From an uncultured Halobacteriales archaeon (GTDB lineage: Archaea > Thermoplasmatota > E2 > JACPAO01), in contig CAYVGY010000003.1 of the NCBI GenBank assembly GCA_964451065.1, positions 1 to 53,677 on the forward strand: a stretch of 53,677 nucleotides of DNA, read 5' to 3'. Shown here piece by piece: positions 44,761-52,713 of this stretch. The notes beneath the pieces were generated by a model, which worked only from the letters and a program-made list of their open reading frames with translations, ran no database searches and was not told the origin of the DNA. A program made the translations under genes and the position numbers. Positions within the stretch are counted from its first letter, which is position 1; each line of letters begins with the position of its first letter.

Positions 44761-44886
44761 TCATCCCTTCTCGGGGACATGCTTGTCGAGGACACGTTTG
44801 GGGACGCCAAAACGCATCAGGGTGACGCGCGTCAACGCCCGCTCGGCCGTATCATCGTACTCGAGGGTGACCGTTCGGCGTCGCAT
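44761..44886 (-). CDS. 41-aa micro-ORF B (paralogue of 44501..44632)
   Basis: My own translation: MRRRTVTLEYDDTAERALTRVTLMRFGVPKRVLDKHVPEKG. It shares 23 of 41 aligned residues with ORF A, without gaps. The TATA-like GTTAAGTA (44920..44913) ends 26 nt upstream of the ATG. Confidence 0.45.
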   Translation of the reverse strand: MRRRTVTLEYDDTAERALTRVTLMRFGVPKRVLDKHVPEKG

Positions 44887-44993
44887 GCGGCCCCCAGTCT
44901 CGGGCTAGGGCCTACTTAACTCATCCCCGACAGCATTTTACTCCCAGTGGGCCGCGCAGGAGAAGCGAAGGTCGCTCGGCGTTCGGGACCCTT

Positions 44994-45275
44994 ATGTATC
45001 GGCGCGCTTTGGCAGCCCTCGTGGCCGAAACAGCTCCCACGGTTCGCGTGTGGCCTCGACCGCTCGTGTTCGCGCTCCTCTTGGCGTATGTGGTCGCCGA
45101 CGGGGCCCTTTGGCTGGTCGGTTTCTATTACCTGTTCGAGAGCCAGCTGGAGCCTGCCGGCCTGTACTTGACGCTCGCGTTGGTCGTTCTTCTCGTGGCG
45201 GGTTGGGCGTGGCGGTGGTGGGTCGCGCAAGGCTGGATTGGCGGACGACCCACGATGCGCTTCGGCGGCTCGTAG
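44994..45275 (+). CDS. small membrane protein (93 aa)
   Basis: Hydrophobic helices LVFALLLAYVVADGALWLVGFYYLF and LYLTLALVVLLVAGWAW are present. Confidence 0.45.
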   Translation: MYRRALAALVAETAPTVRVWPRPLVFALLLAYVVADGALWLVGFYYLFESQLEPAGLYLTLALVVLLVAGWAWRWWVAQGWIGGRPTMRFGGS

Positions 45276-45277
45276 CC

Positions 45278-45916
45278 TCACGACGACTCGGGGCCGGCCG
45301 ATTTTGATGCGACCTCGGGTACGGGCTTGGGCCGCCTTGCGCCCCAGCTCCAACGGGCAAGGAGACCTGCCAGCAGCGCGAGCGGAACCATGAGCGCGAG
45401 ACTCCAGGCCGCGAGTGCGTCGAACATGCCCGGCGCTTCGAGGGGTGCGCCTTCGGAGCCAGGCCAAGGCAACGTGAGCCTCGGCGAGCCCGGTCCCCGC
45501 ACCGGACCGTTTACGATGGCGACCGTCAGGAGGCCACCAAAATGCGCGAGGGTACCGGCGAGGTAGCCGCCCACGGAGGCGCCTATCGAGATGCCCCGCC
45601 AATCCGCGTCCGGACGCGTTCGCGCGAGCACGCGCCCTATGACGAACCCGTAGAGCGGAACGCCGATTCCTGCGAGGAAGAGCGGGTACACGTCCAGGTG
45701 CATGTTATGGAACGTTTCCAGGTCCAGACTGTCCTGGACGAATGTGCCGGCGATGCCGAAGACCACCAGGACGACGAACCCGATGGTGAGGCCGGGGACC
45801 AACGCATCGGCGAACGCGCTCGGGGCCACCGGGCCGGATTGGCGGTTCCGTATGTAAGGCGGCTGGTTGCGGGGTACGAGGGTGCGCGGGAACGGGATGG
45901 AAGGCCGGTCCGCCAT
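45278..45916 (-). CDS. membrane protein (212 aa)
   Basis: It has four to five hydrophobic segments (e.g. LVPGLTIGFVVLVVFGIAGTF, LAAWSLALMVPLALLAGLLA). Confidence 0.5.
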   Translation of the reverse strand: MADRPSIPFPRTLVPRNQPPYIRNRQSGPVAPSAFADALVPGLTIGFVVLVVFGIAGTFVQDSLDLETFHNMHLDVYPLFLAGIGVPLYGFVIGRVLARTRPDADWRGISIGASVGGYLAGTLAHFGGLLTVAIVNGPVRGPGSPRLTLPWPGSEGAPLEAPGMFDALAAWSLALMVPLALLAGLLARWSWGARRPKPVPEVASKSAGPESS

Positions 45917-46136
45917 CGGGAGAGCGCCGTGTGCCGAGGAAGGCGGGCGGGGCCGCGTCCGTTTCGAGCCGCGCCCCCGAAGCAGGCAAGAGGGTCGGAG
46001 GGCCCTCCAAAGGAGGGCGCCCGATTCGCGTCGGGCGGAAGGGTGGAAGGGGCCGCGCCGCAGCCGCGGCGGGTTGGAACAAAGAAACGGGGGAGGAGAG
46101 CCCCCCCTCCACGGGGGGAGGGGTGGGAATGCCGTC

Positions 46137-46658
46137 TCAGCACCAAGGCGCGATGAACGCGCACGGCAGCGACACCGGCGTGATGGAGACCTCCAAAGCG
46201 TAGTTCATGAGTGGCGTCGGCGTGTCGGCGTTGACCACGATCGCGTAGTGGCCGTCGCCGCCGGCTTGCACGATGTAGCCGACCGTCGAGATGCCACCGC
46301 CGTCAAGGTCCTCGCCGTTGTAGTTGTCGAATTTCGGCCAGGCCACATAGTAGCTTCCACAGTTGGTCGACGTGCCCTTGGCCACATACACGTGGATGCT
46401 GGAAACCGGATTGGTTTGGACGCTGGCGACAATGGTCGTTCCAGCTTTGGCATAGAAGCGCCAACCTTCCGGGACGACCGCGTCCGCCCGGATCGTGACC
46501 CCGTTGTCAGCGAGCGGAGAACCGCACGGGAACGCGGCCGCCGTCGGGACGGCGCCGATGATCACCGCGGCCAATAGCGCCGCGCCAGCCATCGGGCCGA
46601 TCATTCGTTTCATTCTGCGTTCCGTCTTCACGAATCGGTTTTGTGCCATGGGGTTCAC
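46137..46658 (-). CDS. secreted protein (about 158 aa from ATG 46613)
   Basis: MKRMIGPMAGAALLAAVIIGAVPTAAA is a signal peptide. The mature part is a beta-rich, Cys-containing domain. Confidence 0.55.
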   Translation of the reverse strand: MNPMAQNRFVKTERRMKRMIGPMAGAALLAAVIIGAVPTAAAFPCGSPLADNGVTIRADAVVPEGWRFYAKAGTTIVASVQTNPVSSIHVYVAKGTSTNCGSYYVAWPKFDNYNGEDLDGGGISTVGYIVQAGGDGHYAIVVNADTPTPLMNYALEVSITPVSLPCAFIAPWC

Positions 46659-46758
46659 CCGCGTAGGGGGTGGCCAGGTGGTCCGGCCGCCCTATGCCGT
46701 TTGGGGCTACCGCGGGAATCCATGGCGTGACGGCAGGGGATAGGGCGGGAATGATTCG

Positions 46759-47340
46759 CTACGACTCGCCGTGGCGCTTGAGCACACGTACGTTTTCGCC
46801 CTTGACCGTGATGGGAATCGGAACCATGGCCTCGAAGAGTTCGACCGTAATCTCTTCTTTCCCCTCGTCGATCCGGGTGACCTTGGCCTTCTCGCCGCGG
46901 AACGGCCCCGAGACGAGTTCGACGATGTCGCCCTCGCTGATCTTGGCCACGGCCGAGACCGGCGTGAGGAAGTGTTCGATCTGGGAGAACGGCACGGGGT
47001 CGGGCAACATCGTGCGCGCGTAGCTGATGTTCTTGATGGTGCGTTCGAGCACCTGCGCGTCGTCGGCTTCGACGAAGACGTACCCGCGGAGTTCCTGGGG
47101 CGCGAGGACGCCAAAGATCGGGAGCTTGGACTTCTTGATCTTCGTCGCGAGGAAGTCGGCGACGGTGCGCTCTTGCCCGACCTGGGTCTTCACGGCAAAG
47201 ACGAGGGGCTCGTGGCCTGTATCGACCACGGGCTTCTGCTCATCCTTCCTGGGAATCGTAAGGGGCTTGTCTGCCTCGGGCTCGTAGATGCCGAGGCCTT
47301 CCTCTTCTTCCTGGACGGCTTGCTTCTCGTCTTGGACCAT
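46759..47340 (-). CDS. spt5: transcription elongation factor Spt5 (NusG)
   Basis: The NGN core is LVFAVKTQVGQERTVADFL and the KOW motif is GDIVELVSGPFRGEKAKV. The longest ORF adds about 45 acidic residues. An alternative start is GTG 47229. Confidence 0.9.
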   Translation of the reverse strand: MVQDEKQAVQEEEEGLGIYEPEADKPLTIPRKDEQKPVVDTGHEPLVFAVKTQVGQERTVADFLATKIKKSKLPIFGVLAPQELRGYVFVEADDAQVLERTIKNISYARTMLPDPVPFSQIEHFLTPVSAVAKISEGDIVELVSGPFRGEKAKVTRIDEGKEEITVELFEAMVPIPITVKGENVRVLKRHGES

Positions 47341-47452
47341 GGCGGACGCCTCCCGCGGCGCGGCAGCGTACCCCCTTCCCCGGTGGAACGCACCCGAAAA
47401 GGAGGGTTTCGGGAAAAACCCGGCCTATATTAAGACTACGGGCCCGGCGGCG

Positions 47453-47887
47453 CTACTTGACGCCTAGCAGGTTCATGATCAACTGCATGAGGAGGTAGAT
47501 GAGGAAACCGACGAGGCCGACCACGGCAATCCCGATGGCGGTGATTTGGGAGGCCCGCACGAACTCTTCGTGTTCGGGCTTGCGCGCCATCTTCACGACC
47601 CGGCTGTACCGGCCGTGGCCGATCCGCTTGAACCGTTCCTCGACCCTGGCCTGGCGTTGCCACGCGCGGGCCATGAAGGTCGGCCGGTCGCCCTCATACT
47701 GAGGTGGCGGCGGAGCAATCGGTTTCGAGGGGTGCTCCTCCTCGATCTCTTCCTCGATCTCCTTGATGGCCTCTTGGGCCTCGCGTTCGGCCACGTCGGG
47801 CGGAAGCGTCGACTGGGGCTCCTCTTCCTCCTCGTCCTCCTCGACGGCGGGCGGGAAGGCCTCCGGTTTCTTCTGCTCCTCAGCCAT
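47453..47887 (-). CDS. secE: preprotein translocase subunit SecE (Sec61 gamma)
   Basis: The C-terminal 65 aa (RVVKMARKPEHEEFVRASQITAIGIAVVGLVGFLIYLL) form the SecE core. The longest ORF adds about 79 acidic residues. An alternative start is ATG 47674. Confidence 0.8.
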   Translation of the reverse strand: MAEEQKKPEAFPPAVEEDEEEEEPQSTLPPDVAEREAQEAIKEIEEEIEEEHPSKPIAPPPPQYEGDRPTFMARAWQRQARVEERFKRIGHGRYSRVVKMARKPEHEEFVRASQITAIGIAVVGLVGFLIYLLMQLIMNLLGVK

Positions 47888-47962
47888 GCGCGGGAAGGGC
47901 CCAAACGTTGGGGGTAGTTAAGGGTTGCCAGAAGCGTGCGCGATTGAGGAACGGGGGCACGT

Positions 47963-49030
47963 TCACAGCACGAAATCGACGCCGGTCGCCTGCTGCGTCC
48001 GCTGCCTGGCGCTGGGGCGGGCGGGTCCAATGATCTGCTTGGACTTAACGCCGGTAATCACGACCATGACGCGCAGCGCCTTGTCGAGCGTGGGATCGAT
48101 CGGCGTCCCCCAAATGATGCGCGCGTCCGCATGGATCCGGTGATAGATTTCTTCCACGACGCGCTCACTCTCGGCGATGGTCATGTCGGGTCCGCCCACC
48201 ACGTTGACGAGGGCACCCGTGGCCGTGGAGATGTCGACGGCGAGAAGCGGCGAATTGAGGGCTTCCAAGACCGACTCGACGGCGCGGTCCCTCGTGTCGG
48301 ACTCGCCGAGGCCAATCATGGCGACGCCGCCGCGGGAAAGGATCGTTCTCAGGTCCGCGAAGTCAAGATTCACGATGCCGGGCTTGGTCACGAGCTCCGT
48401 GATGCCGCGGATGGACCGGAAGAGGATCTCGTCGGCGACCTTGAAGGCGGCCTGGAGCGGGAGACGCGGAGCGATCTCGAGGAGCTTGTCGTTGGGGATG
48501 ACGATGATGGTGTCGCAGGTCTCGCGTAGCCTCTCGAGGCCGCGTTCCGCGTTCTGCATGCGGACGGCGCCCTCGACGCTGAACGGAAGCGTGCAGATGG
48601 CGATGGTGAGGGCGCCGACTTCCTTGGCCACCCGGGCCACGACGGGGGCGCTCCCGGTGCCGGTGCCGCCGCCGAGGCCGGCCACGACGAAGACCATGTC
48701 GCTGCCTTGGAGGGCGGCCTTGAGTTCGGGTTCGGCTTCCTGCGCGGCCTCTTCGCCGATCTGGGGGAGGCTTCCGGCCCCGAGGCCGCGCGTGGTCCGC
48801 TTGCCGAGGAGGACCTTCTTGGGTGCCCGGACCATGAGGAGGTGTTGAGCGTCGGTGTTGGCCGCGATAAAGTTCACGCCGTCGATTCCCGACTCGACGC
48901 AGCGGGCGACGGTGTTGGTCCCGCCGCCGCCGCAGCCGACGACGGCGATTTTGGTCGTCATGCTGCCGAGGACCTTGGCGAGCTCCACGTCGTCGTTGCT
49001 GAAGTGGGTCGGTTGGGTCTTGGGCGTCAC
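47963..49030 (-). CDS. ftsZ: cell division GTPase FtsZ (true start possibly CTG 49144)
   Basis: [17 protein letters not shown] and [13 protein letters not shown] are present. Coordinates run from GTG 49030; see the finding on the upstream extension. Confidence 0.95.
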   Translation of the reverse strand: MTPKTQPTHFSNDDVELAKVLGSMTTKIAVVGCGGGGTNTVARCVESGIDGVNFIAANTDAQHLLMVRAPKKVLLGKRTTRGLGAGSLPQIGEEAAQEAEPELKAALQGSDMVFVVAGLGGGTGTGSAPVVARVAKEVGALTIAICTLPFSVEGAVRMQNAERGLERLRETCDTIIVIPNDKLLEIAPRLPLQAAFKVADEILFRSIRGITELVTKPGIVNLDFADLRTILSRGGVAMIGLGESDTRDRAVESVLEALNSPLLAVDISTATGALVNVVGGPDMTIAESERVVEEIYHRIHADARIIWGTPIDPTLDKALRVMVVITGVKSKQIIGPARPSARQRTQQATGVDFVL

Positions 49031-49238
49031 GGCCGTGATGTGGGTGGAGACGGGAAGGGGAGGGAGCGTCCTGGCGGTCGGCGGGCGCCGCAGGTTGTTT
49101 TCCGCGGCGGCGCGCGAGATGGCGTCACGGATGATGTCCTTCAGAAGAATCCTCTCCTAGAGTGCGTCGCCGAGTGCTCCCGCGCGTTCCATCCTTCCCC
49201 GCGCTATAAATGGGTGTTGTTTTGGTTCCGCTTCGGGC

Positions 49239-49568
49239 TTGACAAGACGCTATGGCCTCGCCCAAATCTCGGGGGATGTGGACGGGACTTCCGCCCGCCG
49301 CGTCCGGCGCCGCGTGTGGGTGAGCGGACGCGTCCAAGGCGTGTTTTTCCGAGAGTCTGTCCGAAAAGAGGCCGAGGCCCGAGGCGTAACGGGCTTCGTC
49401 CGCAACTTGGCCGATGGACGCGTCGAAGCCGCCTTCGAGGGCTCCCGGGAGGCTGTCGAGGCCTGCGTTGCCTGGTGCCGCGCAGGGCCTCCTGCGGCGC
49501 GCGTCTCCGCGCTCGTCGTGCAGGACGAACCGCCAAACGGCGACCGGGAGTTCATGGTCCTACGGTAG
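49239..49568 (+). CDS. acyP: acylphosphatase
   Basis: The signature VSGRVQGVFFR is present, followed by GFVRNLADGRVE. The start is more likely GTG 49278 (96 aa) than TTG 49239. Confidence 0.8.
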   Translation: MTRRYGLAQISGDVDGTSARRVRRRVWVSGRVQGVFFRESVRKEAEARGVTGFVRNLADGRVEAAFEGSREAVEACVAWCRAGPPAARVSALVVQDEPPNGDREFMVLR

Positions 49569-49608
49569 GCCAACGCAAGGGTTTTCCCCTCGCCCTCCTC
49601 TGGCGTCC

Positions 49609-51000
49609 GTGGTGGGGCCCCTGGGACTCGTTTGTCCTCTGGATTTCCGTTACGGACGCGCCGAACTGACAAGTCTCTTTACCGAGGAGGCGCGCCTCGC
49701 GTACCTCCTGCGCGTCGAGGCCGCCCTCGCCCGCGCCCACGCCGACCTCGGGCACATCCCGAAAACCGCCGCGGACGAGGTGGAGAAGAAGGCGACTCCC
49801 AAATACGTCAAGCTCGCCCGGGTGAAGGCCATCGAGGCCGAGATCCGCCACGACCTCATGGCCGTCGTGCGCGCGCTCGAAGACGCCTGCGTGGGCGAAG
49901 CCGGCGGGTACGTTCACTTGGGCGCCACGAGTTACGACATCATCGACACGGGCGTGGCGTTGCAGATCCGCGACGCCCTCGACGAAATCGAGGCCTCGCT
50001 GCGACGGCTCTTGACGGCGCTGACGAAGCTCTCTTCCAAACACCGGACGACCGTCATGATGGGCCGCACCCACGGCCAGGCGGCCGTCCCCACCACGTTC
50101 GGCTACAAGATGATCGTGTTCGCGGCCGAAGTGGGACGCCACCTCGACCGCCTTGCGGAAGCGCGGCCCCGCATCTGCGCCGGCAAGATGTCGGGCGCGG
50201 TGGGCACCGCGGCGGGCTTCGGGGAGGACGCCGGCAAGCTTGAGACCCGCGTCATGGAAAAACTCCGACTTCGACCGGAGGAGGCGGCCACGCAAATCGT
50301 GGGCCGCGACCGGTACGTCGAACTGTTCGCCCTCTGCGCCAACGTCGCCACCTCCATGGAAAAATTCGCCACGGAGGTCCGGAACCTCCAGCGGACCGAA
50401 ATCGCGGAGGCCGCCGAGGCGTTCGACGTGAAGAAGCAGGTGGGCTCGTCCACGATGGCGCAAAAGCAGAACCCCGTCGTCTCGGAGCAAGTCTCCGGGC
50501 TCGCGCGACTCGTGCGGGCCAACGTCCATCCAGCCATGGACAACGCCATCCAATGGCATGAGCGCGACCTCGCCAACTCCAGCGCCGAGCGCTTCCTCGT
50601 TCCCCACGCGCTCATCCTCACCGACTGGGTCGTCGCCAAGATGGCCGACGTGTTCGAGGGCCTGCGCGTCTTCCCGGACCGCATGCGGGAGAACCTCGAG
50701 GCCACCGGCGGCCTCGTCATGGCAGAATCCCTCCTCTTGGCGCTCTCGCGCAAGGGCGTGTCGCGCCAAAAGGCCCACGAGCACGTGCGCCGCATCAGCA
50801 TGCGCATCCGCCACGGGTCGGCCAGCCTCTGGGAGGCGGCGCGCCAGGACAAGCTCCTGCGCGAACACCTCAAGGTCGGCGAAATCAAGGACGCGTTGGA
50901 CCCGGCCAAGTACCTCGGTGACACGACGAGGCGCGTCGAGCGGCTCGCGCGCCAGCTCAGGGCGAAGGCTTTGTCGCCCACGCCTTCTGGAAGGCGCTGA
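49609..51000 (+). CDS. purB: adenylosuccinate lyase
   Basis: CPLDFRYG is near the N-terminus, together with HLGATSYD and the fumarate-lyase signature GSSTMAQKQNP. The start is GTG 49609 or 49612. Confidence 0.9.
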   Translation: MVGPLGLVCPLDFRYGRAELTSLFTEEARLAYLLRVEAALARAHADLGHIPKTAADEVEKKATPKYVKLARVKAIEAEIRHDLMAVVRALEDACVGEAGGYVHLGATSYDIIDTGVALQIRDALDEIEASLRRLLTALTKLSSKHRTTVMMGRTHGQAAVPTTFGYKMIVFAAEVGRHLDRLAEARPRICAGKMSGAVGTAAGFGEDAGKLETRVMEKLRLRPEEAATQIVGRDRYVELFALCANVATSMEKFATEVRNLQRTEIAEAAEAFDVKKQVGSSTMAQKQNPVVSEQVSGLARLVRANVHPAMDNAIQWHERDLANSSAERFLVPHALILTDWVVAKMADVFEGLRVFPDRMRENLEATGGLVMAESLLLALSRKGVSRQKAHEHVRRISMRIRHGSASLWEAARQDKLLREHLKVGEIKDALDPAKYLGDTTRRVERLARQLRAKALSPTPSGRR

Positions 51001-52033
51001 CGCCGCCGCCGGGCGGGAACACGTGCGAGGTGCGCGCGAGCGCGATCTCGAGGCCCCCCAGGAACCCAAGGAGTTCGCGCGACCGGGTGAACCCCATCGT
51101 ACCGACGCGGAAGATCTTGCCCTTGAAACTGCCTTGCCCGCCAGCCACGACCACGCCGAAGTCCTGCTTGAGGACCTCGCGCACGTCCTTCTCCGTCACG
51201 CCTTCGGGGTAGCGGGCCGCCGTGACGGTCTGGCTGGCGATCTCGTCGGGAACGAGCAGCGGGATGTTGAGGGCCGCCATGCCCGCGCGCACGGACCGCG
51301 TCATGCGGAAGGAGCGCTCGATGCGTTTCTCCAGCGTCTCCTCGGCGAGAAGTTCGAGCGCCTCTTCCACAGCCAAGTAGAGGTGCGTGGCCGGCGTGAA
51401 GGAGGATTCGCCGTCGGCCCACTTGTCCGCGGCGTCCTTGAGGTTCATGTAGAGGCTGCGCGGCCGGATGGCGTCATAGTAGGCGTCGCTGAGACTGAGA
51501 AGCGTCGCGCCGGGCGGGGCGCCGATGCATTTCTGGCTCCCCACGACACAGGCATCGATGCCCCACTTGTCCACGGGCACGTCCACGCCGCCCACCGCAG
51601 TCACGCCGTCGGCCAGGAACAGCACGTCGTGCTTGCGCGCCAGCTCAGCCAGCTGCGCCCCCGGGTTGTGGACGCCGGTGGAGGATTCGTTGAGGACGGC
51701 AGCCATCGCCTTGAACCCGCCCTTGGAAAGGAGTCCGTCGGCTCGGGCGAGGTCGAGCGGTTGGCCCATCTCGGTCTTGACGATCTCGGCGTTTGTCGTG
51801 TAGAGCCTAGCGATTTCGGAGAATCGTTCGCCGAACTTCCCGTTCTCGAGTACGAGAATCTTGTCGGCGGGCCCGATCACGTTGGAGATGGCGGCTTCCA
51901 TCCCCAAAGTCGCGCTGCCTGTGAGAAGGAGGACTCGGTCCTTCGTCTGGAAGAGGTACCGAAGGCCTTGCGTGAGATGCTTGAGGACGTCCTTGAATTC
52001 CGCCGACCGGTGGCCGACGGCGGGCCGGTTCAT
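50957..52033 (-). CDS. class V (AGXT/serine-pyruvate type) PLP aminotransferase (true start probably upstream, about 52108)
   Basis: GHRSAEF, the PLP-lysine context VVGSQKCIGAPPG and FRVGTMG are present. Coordinates run from ATG 52033. The conserved LLPGPV block lies upstream in frame (see findings). Confidence 0.85.
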   Translation of the reverse strand: MNRPAVGHRSAEFKDVLKHLTQGLRYLFQTKDRVLLLTGSATLGMEAAISNVIGPADKILVLENGKFGERFSEIARLYTTNAEIVKTEMGQPLDLARADGLLSKGGFKAMAAVLNESSTGVHNPGAQLAELARKHDVLFLADGVTAVGGVDVPVDKWGIDACVVGSQKCIGAPPGATLLSLSDAYYDAIRPRSLYMNLKDAADKWADGESSFTPATHLYLAVEEALELLAEETLEKRIERSFRMTRSVRAGMAALNIPLLVPDEIASQTVTAARYPEGVTEKDVREVLKQDFGVVVAGGQGSFKGKIFRVGTMGFTRSRELLGFLGGLEIALARTSHVFPPGGGVSAFQKAWATKPSP

Positions 52034-52242
52034 GGAGCGCAGGATCCGCGGGTGGATCTTGACCGGACCTGGTAGAAGGAAGATGTTGTCCTCGGCGTCG
52101 AACGGCAGGAAGAAGTCCCCCGGAGTCGGCGAACCCGACCAGCGTTAATGAGGGTTTGGCCGCCAAGAACGGGAGGCCGCGGCCTCGGTGTCCGTGCGGC
52201 CCCGGCACAACCTATTTGAGGGGCCAGAATCTGGTCGCGCGC

Positions 52243-52713
52243 ATGGGCGTCACGATCCTCCTTGGCTCGGTCAGCGATGCCGAGGTGGCCAAGAAGGCCG
52301 AGGACGTTCTTCGCGAACTCAAGATCCCGTTCGAGACGTTCGTGGCCAGCGCCCATCGCAGCCCGGACCGCGTGGACGACCTCGTCCGGAAGAGCAAATC
52401 GGACGTGTTCATCGCGATCGCCGGGCTCACCAATGCCCTCGCGGGCGTCGTCGGCGCGCGTACGCTCAAACCCGTCATCGGGGTCCCCGTCTCCGGGAAG
52501 ATGAACCTGGATAGCCTACTGAGCGTCACCCAGCTTCCGCCAGGGATGCCGATTGCCGCCGTTGGCCTCGACCGCGGCGAGAACGCCGCGCTGCTGGCCG
52601 CCCGAATCCTCGCGATCAAGGACGGCGCATTGTCCAAACGCTTGGACGAGTGGCGCCAGAGGCAGGAACGGAAGGTCGTCCACGACTCGAAGAAGGTGGA
52701 GGCTTCGGCGTGA
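52243..52713 (+). CDS. purE: PurE (AIR carboxylase / N5-CAIR mutase family)
   Basis: ATG 52243 gives MGVTILLGSVSD. SAHRSP and GVPV are also present. Confidence 0.9.
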   Translation: MGVTILLGSVSDAEVAKKAEDVLRELKIPFETFVASAHRSPDRVDDLVRKSKSDVFIAIAGLTNALAGVVGARTLKPVIGVPVSGKMNLDSLLSVTQLPPGMPIAAVGLDRGENAALLAARILAIKDGALSKRLDEWRQRQERKVVHDSKKVEASA

